From Deltaproteobacteria bacterium GWA2_45_12 (GTDB lineage Bacteria; UBA10199), in contig MGPH01000011.1 in assembly GCA_001797365.1 (NCBI GenBank), positions 20,402-84,401 of the forward strand: DNA of 64,000 bases. The letters are read 5' to 3'. Shown here piece by piece: positions 52,711 to 61,632 of the stretch. A program made the translations under genes and the position numbers. Every line of letters begins with the position of its first letter. Position 1 is the first letter of the stretch. Below the pieces are notes generated by a model that was not told the DNA's origin, did not search any database, and saw nothing but the letters and a program-made list of their open reading frames with translations.

Positions 52711-53550
52711 TTATTCCTGCAAAATCAAAATAAGGAATTTGGTTAAAAAATAATCCGCAACAAACACGGCCAAAGCCGAAATAACCACGGAGCGTGTTGT
52801 TGATTGCCCCACTTCCTGGGTGCCTCGAGTCGTTGACAAACCCTGAAAGCAGGCAATACCCCCAATCAAAAAACCAAAAACAAATGTCTTGAGCAGCCCA
52901 TTGAAAAAATCATCGAAACCCACTGTCTTTAATACTTGATCCAAATAAAAACTGGGCCCCACCCCTGCCTCAAGAAACGAAACAATCATTCCTCCAAAAA
53001 TGCCCACAACATCGGCAATAATGGTGAGTAACGGGGTGATAAGGGTGGTCACCAAAATACGGGGCAAGACAAGCTTGATAATCGGGTTTGCCCCCATGGC
53101 CTGAATGGCCATCACCTGTTCTGAAACAGCCATCGATCCAAGCTCTGCCGCAATGCCGGACCCCACTCTTGCGGCAATCATGATGGCTGTAAGCACCGGC
53201 CCCAACTCACGTACAATGGCAATCCCCACCACCTGGCCGGTGTATAGCTCAATCCCAAATCTTCTTAACCCCACAATGAATTGCAACGCCAGCACCATAC
53301 CCGTAAAAAGGGCCACAATATTGGTCAGAGCCAGCGACTTGACTCCCAACTGACTCATCTGGTCTAACACCGACCGCCATTCAATCTTTCCCCTTAAGGC
53401 CAAGAGGCAGGCCTGGTAGGACAGCATGGCCACTCCACCGATGTAATTCATGTAGACCATCACCGTTTTCCCAATGCCCTGAAAAAAACGGGCGGCCCTT
53501 TTTTCAAAAAGGGCCGATGTCTCAGGGATAGAATGTGGGAGTTGATCCAT
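52711..53550 (-). CDS. mlaE: ABC transporter permease MlaE
   Basis: 279 aa polytopic permease of the MlaE/YrbE family. Confidence 0.8.
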   Translation of the reverse strand: MDQLPHSIPETSALFEKRAARFFQGIGKTVMVYMNYIGGVAMLSYQACLLALRGKIEWRSVLDQMSQLGVKSLALTNIVALFTGMVLALQFIVGLRRFGIELYTGQVVGIAIVRELGPVLTAIMIAARVGSGIAAELGSMAVSEQVMAIQAMGANPIIKLVLPRILVTTLITPLLTIIADVVGIFGGMIVSFLEAGVGPSFYLDQVLKTVGFDDFFNGLLKTFVFGFLIGGIACFQGLSTTRGTQEVGQSTTRSVVISALAVFVADYFLTKFLILILQE

Positions 53551-53562
53551 GGTTACCTGTTA

Positions 53563-54114
53563 TCACTTTTTACCGGGTGATTTAAGCGTGTGGAAATTTT
53601 TCCAGAATTTTGAGAAATCCACTTTGTCTTTTTCAAAATTTACGGGTTTGGATGTATGAACAAAATCATAGACACAGGAGTCTTTCTTAAGAACAACCGT
53701 TTCCAAGGCTAACGAGACCCCATCTAGTTTGGCACTGACACGTGTATAAAGCGCTTCCCGTTGGTCCAAACCGACAATTTTCTGTTCCAAATTTTTAAAC
53801 TCAGTAAACCCATAGAAAAGCTGGCTGGTTAATGCGGCAAGCGGGGCATCATCAAAAGCCCCATTGCAAAAAACATCCAATGAAATACTTGAGTTTGTCC
53901 GTGTATTTTGAAACAGCAGGGCCCGATATTTAAACCTTTGTTTCTGCCAGGGAGTTGGCAAAACACCCACCCTAAACAGGCCGTTTCCCTCTGTGTGAAC
54001 CAAACCATTGTTGTAGCGGGCAATACTTCCCAAGGAGTCCACTTTTCCAAAACAGGCAGGCAGCAAGAAAAAAACAAAAAAGCACTTTACCAACCTCCGC
54101 AAAATCGTCAGCAT
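53563..54114 (-). CDS. hypothetical lipoprotein
   Basis: Start placed at MLTILRRLVKCFFVFFLLPACFG (lipobox). The listed longer ORF would overlap the maf start. Confidence 0.4.
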   Translation of the reverse strand: MLTILRRLVKCFFVFFLLPACFGKVDSLGSIARYNNGLVHTEGNGLFRVGVLPTPWQKQRFKYRALLFQNTRTNSSISLDVFCNGAFDDAPLAALTSQLFYGFTEFKNLEQKIVGLDQREALYTRVSAKLDGVSLALETVVLKKDSCVYDFVHTSKPVNFEKDKVDFSKFWKNFHTLKSPGKK

Positions 54115-54142
54115 AGGTTTTAAAGGATAACTGAAACAGACC

Positions 54143-54781
54143 ATGCCCGACAATAAGATAATTGTGGAATCCCGAAGGCTTATATTGGCCTCGGCTTCGC
54201 CCCGCCGCAGCCAGCTTTTGGCAGAGGCTGGTTTCACCTTTGAAATCATCCCTTCAACCATAGATGAAAAATGGGACCCAAAGCTTTCACCAGAAGAGAA
54301 TGTGAAGAAAATCGCGCTGGAGAAGGCAACGGATGTGGCAAGAAAAACCCCTCGACCCTTCGATCACCGCGTAGCGGTGGTCGAACCATCTACCCTTATC
54401 TTAGCTGCCGACACCATCGTCGTTTTGGGAACTCGCATCCTCGAGAAACCCAGAGACAAAGCTGAAGCCAGCCAGTTTCTCAAACTGCTTTCAGGCCGGA
54501 CCCACAGCGTTTTAACAGGGTACACAATACTGGAAGGTTCTGGTACAATAGCGGCACATGGCGTGGAAGAATCCAAAGTGAGTTTTAAAATTTTAAATGA
54601 TGATCAAATAGGAAAATACATTCAAACCGGCGAGCCCATGGACAAGGCTGGGGCGTACGCGGCACAAGGCATCGGCAGCCAATTCATCGAAAAAATTGAA
54701 GGGTCTTTAAGTAATGTGATTGGGTTACCGATGGAAGTAGTGGCACCTATTTTGAAAACAGTTATGAGTTATGAGTTATGA
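54143..54781 (+). CDS. maf: Maf-like nucleoside triphosphate pyrophosphatase
   Basis: ILASASPRRSQLL N-terminal motif. 212 aa. The C-terminus MSYEL is encoded by a heptamer tandem repeat. Confidence 0.8.
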   Translation: MPDNKIIVESRRLILASASPRRSQLLAEAGFTFEIIPSTIDEKWDPKLSPEENVKKIALEKATDVARKTPRPFDHRVAVVEPSTLILAADTIVVLGTRILEKPRDKAEASQFLKLLSGRTHSVLTGYTILEGSGTIAAHGVEESKVSFKILNDDQIGKYIQTGEPMDKAGAYAAQGIGSQFIEKIEGSLSNVIGLPMEVVAPILKTVMSYEL

Positions 54782-54795
54782 GTTATGAGTTATGA
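54761..54795. repeat. tandem heptanucleotide repeat (GTTATGA)x5 spanning maf stop and next-gene start
   Basis: Five perfect direct copies read directly from the sequence. Encodes MSYEL-*-MSYEN across the gene junction. Confidence 0.9.
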
Positions 54796-55711
54796 GAATA
54801 TGAAAAAATTCATCAAGATAAAAGAATTCTTACGCAAGCTTTATCAAAAAAAAGGGATTCGGTTTGCCATTTATTCACTGATGATTCTGGGGATTCCCTT
54901 TGCCGGGGCCTATGCTCATTTTGTTGAACCCCGCCGCATTAGCATTACCAAACTTAGAATTCCCATCAAAAAACTTCCCAAACCGTTTCATCGGTTCAAG
55001 ATCATCCAGATTAGCGATCTTCATTTTGGCCCTACCAACAAATCCATTTCATTCCTTGAAAAATGCATCCGCAAAATGAATGAACTAAAACCCGATATTG
55101 TGGCCATGACGGGGGATTTTATGCAGTGGGATTCACACCACGCCAAACCCCTGGCCCAGATTCTTTCAAAAATAAAATCCACCTTCGGGCTGTTTGCCAT
55201 TTTGGGAAACCACGACTATGGCGTGTGCCACAAAGGGCATCCAGCCACAGACCCCGTCAATCACAAGGAAGTCATTGACGCCTTTGAGGCCCATAAAATT
55301 CAGGTGTTGCATAATAAAAAAATCATCCTGGAAAAAGATGGCCACAAAATAAATGTGGCGGGGCTGGGAGATTTTTGGACGGAACATTTCAAGCCGGCCG
55401 ATGTCTTGAAAAAGAAACACGAACAAGATCATCCCACCATTTTACTTTCACATAATCCGGACAGCATTGACGAACTGAAAGATTATTTTTTTGATTTGAT
55501 GCTTTCAGGCCATGTGCACGGGGGACAAATCAATTTTCCCTTCATCGGCCCGCTGACTGTTCCTGTAAAACACCGGCATTTGCGCCGCGGCTTGCACCAT
55601 GTGCACAACCGCTGGATTTACACCAACCGCGGCCTGGGCCACATCTTTAAAGCGCGGTTCAATTCCCTCCCTGAAATCACCTGCATGGAATTGGTGGAGA
55701 GTACGGGCTAA
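54785..55711 (+). CDS. calcineurin-like metallophosphoesterase (YkuE-like) membrane-anchored
   Basis: N-terminal TM segment, then DLHFG, GDF..W, GNHD, and GHVHGGQ phosphoesterase motifs. Confidence 0.7.
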   Translation: MSYENMKKFIKIKEFLRKLYQKKGIRFAIYSLMILGIPFAGAYAHFVEPRRISITKLRIPIKKLPKPFHRFKIIQISDLHFGPTNKSISFLEKCIRKMNELKPDIVAMTGDFMQWDSHHAKPLAQILSKIKSTFGLFAILGNHDYGVCHKGHPATDPVNHKEVIDAFEAHKIQVLHNKKIILEKDGHKINVAGLGDFWTEHFKPADVLKKKHEQDHPTILLSHNPDSIDELKDYFFDLMLSGHVHGGQINFPFIGPLTVPVKHRHLRRGLHHVHNRWIYTNRGLGHIFKARFNSLPEITCMELVESTG

Positions 55712-56089
55712 AACCTTATGAGAGCTAACCACAGTGCGGAGACGGACAAAGGCTCTCACAATTTCAGTACTTAGCTTAATGGCTCGTGGGCTCCGAAGAA
55801 CCGCTGATAACATCGCGATACCTTGTTCGGTAAAAGCGTAAGGATGAGCGCGACGCAAACCTCCCCAACTTGAAGTCACAATCTGTGACTTCAAGATTTC
55901 AAACTCTTCATTAGTAAGTTGAAACATAAAGTCGGAAGGGAATCGTTCAATATTCCGTTTAACAGCTTGTACGAGTACTTTTGGCTCTACCTGATAGAGA
56001 TCCGCCAAATGCACACTCAACATAACTTTTTGTCCCCGAATGAGATAAATATGACTTTCAATTCGCTCGGATGGAATAACTTGGTTCAT
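55505..56089 (-). CDS. ORF6N/KilA-N-like DNA-binding domain protein (probably truncated)
   Basis: N-terminal 125 aa match the ORF6N pattern ([39 protein letters not shown]...L.SQ......[25 protein letters not shown]). The C-terminal 69 aa overlap the convergent phosphoesterase gene and look like read-through. Confidence 0.5.
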   Translation of the reverse strand: MNQVIPSERIESHIYLIRGQKVMLSVHLADLYQVEPKVLVQAVKRNIERFPSDFMFQLTNEEFEILKSQIVTSSWGGLRRAHPYAFTEQGIAMLSAVLRSPRAIKLSTEIVRAFVRLRTVVSSHKVLARTLHQFHAGDFREGIEPRFKDVAQAAVGVNPAVVHMVQAAAQMPVFYRNSQRADEGKIDLSPVHMA

Positions 56090-56669
56090 GAACTTATTCT
56101 ATGCAATTGTAAGGCCATTTTTTAGACTTGAATTTTAAGGAGAAAAATAGAGTGCTTTAAAAAAACCGTCCAATTTTCGGACTATGCACGACCGAAATTC
56201 AGATGGTGGATGTGAACTTTTGAGAAACCTAATTATTTAAGGAATCGGCCCACCCCAAATGAGGGTACCCGCTCTTAATCTTTCATTCATACGCTCTGTC
56301 GCTTGTCCCATGCGGGCCAAGTAGGGAGCTTCTCCTGCTTCAAAGATTCTATGTTCTTCGAGGAAAAGCGAAAAGCGAGCCCGTTCCCACAAGGGAACAA
56401 AACCTTCGTTTTCAACCTCATTCAAATTGCAAGACAAGCCCATACCCCTTACATAGCGGGCATACCTTAGACTCCAACATGATTTCCATTCTTCGCTGAA
56501 GGGTGGAAATTATCGGGGGAGGGGCTCTAGCCCCTCCCCCACCTCCTTTAAGAAAGGGAAAAATGAATCGCAGAATATCTACTTATCATCCAGCTTGTTT
56601 ATGTTAATAAAATCAACCGGTTAAGGTAATTATTTTAAAGCCTTTTTTAAGGCAACTTTTAGGGGGTTT

Positions 56670-57515
56670 ATGCCGAAAATACTTAACGTGAATTTAGGTG
56701 ATACCATTAATATCTTCCAATATTTGGATTATCGACTCTTTCTAAAAGATTGGTTTGATTTGATTAAAAAGAAAAGGCCCCATTTTTCTTACCGCAGCTT
56801 TTCAAGGCTGGCTGGTTTTCGTTCCCCCGGCATGCTTCAACGGGTTATCGATGGGGAACGAAATCTGGCCGATGAAAGTGTGACTAAATGCATTGGCGCC
56901 CTAAAGCTTAATTTTCAGGAGGCCGATTATTTTAAAAACCTGGTCAACTATTCCAGGGCTGAAAACAGCGAGGAGAAAAATTTCCATTATCAAAAACTTC
57001 TTCTTTCCCAAAAATACAATCTTCTCAAACCCGTCAAAGAGTCAAAATACAGTTTTTATTCGGCATGGTACCATCCCATTGTGCGGGAATTAGTCATCGC
57101 CAAGGATTTTGATGGAACCCCTGCCTGGATTGCCAAACGCATCAAACCCAACATCAGTGTGGCCGATGTTGAAAACTCACTTCACATTCTGGAGCGTTTG
57201 GGCTTTATTGCCAAAATCGGCAAGAACAAGTGGAAACAAACCTTTCCACTCACAACAACGGGCTCGGATGTCCAATCGCTTCTCATTCATGAATATCATC
57301 GCAACCTCTTGCTGATTACCCGGGAAGTGATGTCTAAAATTGATCTTGAAAAAAGGGATATCAGTACACTTGTTTTGGGAATTCAAAAAAGTGAGGTTTC
57401 CAAACTCAAGGAAAAAATCCGCGAGTTTAGGAAAGAAATATTAAAACTGGTGGCCAATGAAGCCCCCACCGAAGAAGTATATTTGATGAATATCCAACTT
57501 CTTCCAGTGACGTAG
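56670..57515 (+). CDS. TIGR02147/DUF4423-like protein (putative HTH regulator)
   Basis: 281 aa. Recalled family pattern: Y..FLKDWF...KKK.P.FSYR.F...AGF.SP..L..VI.G.RNL......K...ALKLN..EADYF.NLV. Confidence 0.55.
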   Translation: MPKILNVNLGDTINIFQYLDYRLFLKDWFDLIKKKRPHFSYRSFSRLAGFRSPGMLQRVIDGERNLADESVTKCIGALKLNFQEADYFKNLVNYSRAENSEEKNFHYQKLLLSQKYNLLKPVKESKYSFYSAWYHPIVRELVIAKDFDGTPAWIAKRIKPNISVADVENSLHILERLGFIAKIGKNKWKQTFPLTTTGSDVQSLLIHEYHRNLLLITREVMSKIDLEKRDISTLVLGIQKSEVSKLKEKIREFRKEILKLVANEAPTEEVYLMNIQLLPVT

Positions 57516-57618
57516 GGAAAAATTTGATGGTTTGACCAAGGCTCATCTCCATGTAAGGGCAATTCATGAATTGCCCTTACAAAAAGGACATACTTAAGCC
57601 AGGTCGAAGGTACCTTTT

Positions 57619-58347
57619 ATGAAAACAATTTTAAATATACTCAATGTGTTTTTCTTCCTGTTCATCCTTGCCTCGTGCGGTGGAGGAGGCGGCAGCAAAT
57701 CAAGGGCCAATTTTGGCGGCTCTGAAATCGGGAACGCCCTTGTCATCGGCCATGTTGCTGGCAATGATTGTGAAGTCGAAACCATCTTTGTCTGGGATGA
57801 AGTGGATCTTTTGGCTTTTAGCCCCGATGATAACTGCAACTTCAGCTTGGATGTCCCCGCAAACAAGGTTTATACGCTTGTCTTTAAATTTAAGGATGGA
57901 AGTGAATCTCCTTTACGTGTTCAAAATGACCAGAACATGCCCCAAACCTATTCCTTCTTTGTGGGAGATGAAGGCATTAGCATCAATTTGGGTGAAGTTG
58001 CCCGCGAAAATCAGGGGGGGCCCCAAGCCTTGATCATGCAATTCCTAGGTGGTGGTGTCGATCTTATCCCTGAAAACCAGCCGGCCAAACAAACCGATAT
58101 TGACAAAGATGGAACTGTTGACTTCTTTGATGCCGATGATGACGGCGATGGTCTTGAGGACAAGTCTGACAACTGCCCCTTCGTTTCAAACGCCGATCAA
58201 AAAGATTCTGATCATGATGGTCAGGGGGATGTTTGTGACAACAATCTGGATTTTTCTGAATGTGAGGTTGAAAACCCGCCCACCCATCAGGTCTGCGACC
58301 CAGACACCAACAAGTGCCTTGATTTTTGCGACTTGAAATATTTGTAA
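57619..58347 (+). CDS. lipoprotein with thrombospondin type-3 (Ca-binding) repeats
   Basis: Lipobox LFILASCGGGGG, followed by DKDGTVDFFDADDDGDGLEDKSDNCPFVSNADQKDSDHDGQGDVCDNN (D.D.DG..D..DNCP...N..Q.D.D pattern). Cys-rich C-terminus. Confidence 0.65.
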   Translation: MKTILNILNVFFFLFILASCGGGGGSKSRANFGGSEIGNALVIGHVAGNDCEVETIFVWDEVDLLAFSPDDNCNFSLDVPANKVYTLVFKFKDGSESPLRVQNDQNMPQTYSFFVGDEGISINLGEVARENQGGPQALIMQFLGGGVDLIPENQPAKQTDIDKDGTVDFFDADDDGDGLEDKSDNCPFVSNADQKDSDHDGQGDVCDNNLDFSECEVENPPTHQVCDPDTNKCLDFCDLKYL

Positions 58348-58428
58348 AAAAATAAAAAACAACTTTGGCAGGATTAAAACCGATAAATCCCCTGTAAGGG
58401 GACATGAGGGACATTCAGAAATAATGCC

Positions 58429-61400
58429 ATGCGTCAAAATAAAACTTTAATCCTTCATAGCTTTTTAATCTTGTTTCTCGTTTTTCCTTTCCTTGCTTCA
58501 TCGCAAACTCATCACCCTCATCCTCAAGAAAGAAAAACCATTTCGGATTCACGAAAAGATTCTGCACGACACAAAAAACCTGACAGGGCAAACAAAATCA
58601 CTCCATCCAAGGAACAAAAATATATTTCAAAACCAGAAAGAAGAGGAAAAGTTCCAAAACCAGGAAAAACCTTCACTCCCAAACCCGACAAACCACACAA
58701 ACCAAGATATCGTCCGGTTTGGTATACCCAAATCAAAAACAAACTTCTTGAACTTGCAAGAAAGCGTCATACCCCAAGAATCAAGGGGATAGAAAAAGTT
58801 TGGGTATCTCTCCCTTCTCAAGCAGATTTCACATGCCCCGTGGGCCCACCACAAATCGAATTCCAGGAAGGCTACACAACACCCGAGGAACAACAAAGAA
58901 TCACCTCTTTTTTAACAAGCGCTGAAGATTCATTGCGCCTGATAAACCCCAATATTCTCTGCAATTTCGATGGATGGGTGATTGAAGACATCCGGGCCAC
59001 ACGGGGAATCGCGGGTTATTATGACGGGCATTATGCTTATGTGGACAAAACCCTCCATGCTTGGGCCCATGAATTGAGCCACTACATATCGCATGACACG
59101 CCCATGGATCTTCCTGAATATCAGGAGGGAATTCGGGAAAGGGAAGAATGGAGGCAAGAAGCGCTAGCCAGGGGGGACGACCCTGAAATTGTCGATCTTA
59201 CTGTCGATATCAATACAAACCACTACTTGCTGGGAAAAGATTATCTTTGTTGGATCAACCCGGATAGACCCGAGGACTGCATTGCCATCGTTACTGAGTA
59301 TTATCGCGACCGACTCAACGAACAGTTTGCAGAAGCTCTTAGCAAGGTCATATCAAATCCTTTGGGAGGAATTCTTAAACATTCTGGTAACGAGTCCACC
59401 TGTCAAATGGCTCAATGGTTTGCCCGGATCCTTCTTAATGACCCCGAAAGCAATCTGGTAGCGCCCTTCACTTTTCAAATCGACGCTCCCCATGACCTGT
59501 ATGTATCTGGAGAAAACGTGAGTGTGGAAGAAGAGAATGCTTCGCAAAAACGCTTTCATCCGCTAAGCCAGGGCGCCTTTGCCTTAACCTCTAGGGAATC
59601 CTTGATTATCCACATCCCTCAAGAGGGTCTCCAGCCTTGGAGACAAGTGAGCCTTCCCCTTCCCCAAGATTTCAATTACGGAGCCGAAGCAATCCGAACA
59701 ACCAGTGACCCAACAACACTCTTCGCCTCCGATTACACGGGAATTTGGGCAGAAACATCTAAAAACTATTGGTACCGCAACGTTGCCGATTATGATGGGG
59801 ATTGGTTCCTCTTCCATCAAAAGTCAGCAGGAGATGGCGGAAGTTTTTTCCGTCGCCTTCGCGTCAATGCTGCAGAACCAACCTGGCAGGACATCGCCAC
59901 GGGATCGTTATTTGATGATGAAGGCTTTACGAGTTTCATCGATGGAAGGATCAGCTTTTTAACGCAAGAGGGGTATTGGATTCATTCCGGTGATTTTTCA
60001 AACCAGCCCATTGTATCGGAAAACAATCTCATCCCTTACCCGCAATTTATCCGGGAACAGATTCAAAACTCAAAAAAAATGGAGATCGTCCATGCAGAAG
60101 GCAGGAACAGAACTTATTTATGGATCGACGGCATTCCCAATTACCCACGGGGCTTCATTTCGCGCTTATTTGAAATGAGCATTAACAATGAGAATCATAT
60201 CTATTTCAGACAAGTCTTTGAAATTCCCACGACACACACGACATCCCGGCCTTTTTTATATGATGATGATTGGCATGTCTTTGAAATGATCGTGAATGGG
60301 CGCCAATATAGTTGGCCCCCTGACGAAGGGAACTATGAGTTCCCGACTTACGACCGGGTTCTTATCAAAATTAATCGTGACGGCTCTTTCACCCCCCATC
60401 CCCTGATTTATGATTCACACCTTGACCGGATGAAAGGTATGCTCCATTGCAATCAGTCCAGCCTCCATGTTTCGGGTGGAAGGGTGGTCTGCCAGAGACA
60501 ATGGGCTGGGCCAAGATCCATCTTTGGGGCCTTGGCGGCGTTTGAATTTGATGAGCCGGTGGGGGATTTTCCCGAAGTGAGTTTACAACCCATTATCGAA
60601 CTTCAGTCCTCCCAATTGGAGGGTGAGGGGCCAGGATATGTTTATGAATTGCAAGCCCAGATGTATGATCCCTATGAGCGGGTGATTCTCAACTCAGAGA
60701 TCGGGGAAGATGGGGAGATCATCGTTTCTTGGATATTTCCCGATGGGACAATCTTGGAGCAAAGGAGAAATAAAGATCACGCCAATCAACGTTATGATTA
60801 CGACTTAGGCACCATCCGGCACCGATTTTCAGAGCTAGGGGACAACCCTTTTAGGATCCGCGTTCAAGATGGAAATCGCACCCGGTCTTTTGAAATCCCC
60901 TATTTCATCAGCATTTCGGATTTCGACAACCACACGGAAATCCTTGAGGCTTCAGTCCCGCCCACGGTGCGCCAAGGAGAAGCTTTCAACATTGTCTTCA
61001 GCGCAGAAAACCGCCTCCGCATACCTCTCCAATTCGTCATTAGATTTGGCGGCAATGGCCAGGAAGTTCTGACGGAACTCATTCCTTATGAAACCTATTC
61101 TCGTGGAGTAGAAGTGACTCACACCTATGGCTACGGCATTTTTGTGGGAGAAAAAAGTATACGGATACAAACTGAAAACGTGCCCGTAGTTCCCTATGAT
61201 ATGGAAACGGAGTTGGTTTTTGCAAACGCTCCTCCTCAAATCTCACACTTGCGTTTTGTGGGGAATAATCTCGAACCCGGGCAGCCCATCCAGTTCTATG
61301 CCGATGTGACCGACCCCAACCAATTGCCTTCCTGGGATCCCAATTATGATGTCACTCCCCCCGATCCCCTTACCTACCAATGGATTTTCAGTGATGGAGT

Positions 61401-61581
61401 CATCGTTGATAACGTCCAAGAGGCCCAAATCATCCACACCTTCTATGAAGATGGCGGTGAAGGCCCCATGGAGGTAACCCTTGTCGTCACCGATAGCCAT
61501 GGCGCCGAAGTTCAAGCCAGCCTCGAGGTCACTCCCGCAAACAGGGCTCTTGGAATCAGGGTGGAAGAGATTCCATTTTAA
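58429..61581 (+). CDS. large secreted hypothetical protein (1050 aa) with Lys/Pro-rich N-terminal region, HExxH motif and C-terminal PKD-like domain
   Basis: Signal peptide MRQNKTLILHSFLILFLVFPFLASS, KP-rich repeats (PKPGKTFTPKPDKPHKPRYRP), and HELSHYISHD. The C-terminal YQWIFSDG...HTFYEDGGEGPMEVTLVVTDSHG fits the PKD signature. Confidence 0.65.
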   Translation: MRQNKTLILHSFLILFLVFPFLASSQTHHPHPQERKTISDSRKDSARHKKPDRANKITPSKEQKYISKPERRGKVPKPGKTFTPKPDKPHKPRYRPVWYTQIKNKLLELARKRHTPRIKGIEKVWVSLPSQADFTCPVGPPQIEFQEGYTTPEEQQRITSFLTSAEDSLRLINPNILCNFDGWVIEDIRATRGIAGYYDGHYAYVDKTLHAWAHELSHYISHDTPMDLPEYQEGIREREEWRQEALARGDDPEIVDLTVDINTNHYLLGKDYLCWINPDRPEDCIAIVTEYYRDRLNEQFAEALSKVISNPLGGILKHSGNESTCQMAQWFARILLNDPESNLVAPFTFQIDAPHDLYVSGENVSVEEENASQKRFHPLSQGAFALTSRESLIIHIPQEGLQPWRQVSLPLPQDFNYGAEAIRTTSDPTTLFASDYTGIWAETSKNYWYRNVADYDGDWFLFHQKSAGDGGSFFRRLRVNAAEPTWQDIATGSLFDDEGFTSFIDGRISFLTQEGYWIHSGDFSNQPIVSENNLIPYPQFIREQIQNSKKMEIVHAEGRNRTYLWIDGIPNYPRGFISRLFEMSINNENHIYFRQVFEIPTTHTTSRPFLYDDDWHVFEMIVNGRQYSWPPDEGNYEFPTYDRVLIKINRDGSFTPHPLIYDSHLDRMKGMLHCNQSSLHVSGGRVVCQRQWAGPRSIFGALAAFEFDEPVGDFPEVSLQPIIELQSSQLEGEGPGYVYELQAQMYDPYERVILNSEIGEDGEIIVSWIFPDGTILEQRRNKDHANQRYDYDLGTIRHRFSELGDNPFRIRVQDGNRTRSFEIPYFISISDFDNHTEILEASVPPTVRQGEAFNIVFSAENRLRIPLQFVIRFGGNGQEVLTELIPYETYSRGVEVTHTYGYGIFVGEKSIRIQTENVPVVPYDMETELVFANAPPQISHLRFVGNNLEPGQPIQFYADVTDPNQLPSWDPNYDVTPPDPLTYQWIFSDGVIVDNVQEAQIIHTFYEDGGEGPMEVTLVVTDSHGAEVQASLEVTPANRALGIRVEEIPF

Positions 61582-61632
61582 CAAATAATCGTGGTAAAAA
61601 TTTCCTGAACTTGATGCCACCGCCTTAACAAA

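Noticed and set aside
54741-54756. Second sigma-54-like site TGGCACCTATTTTGAA inside the end of maf
   Set aside because: The -12 element lacks the essential GC dinucleotide (TTGA instead of TTGC), and it lies within coding sequence.
56237-56443. 68-aa minus-strand ORF between ORF6N and the TIGR02147 gene
   Set aside because: No recognisable family, no RBS or start context inspected, and it lies in a region that looks like decayed mobile DNA. It is treated only as a possible gene fragment within the remnant finding.
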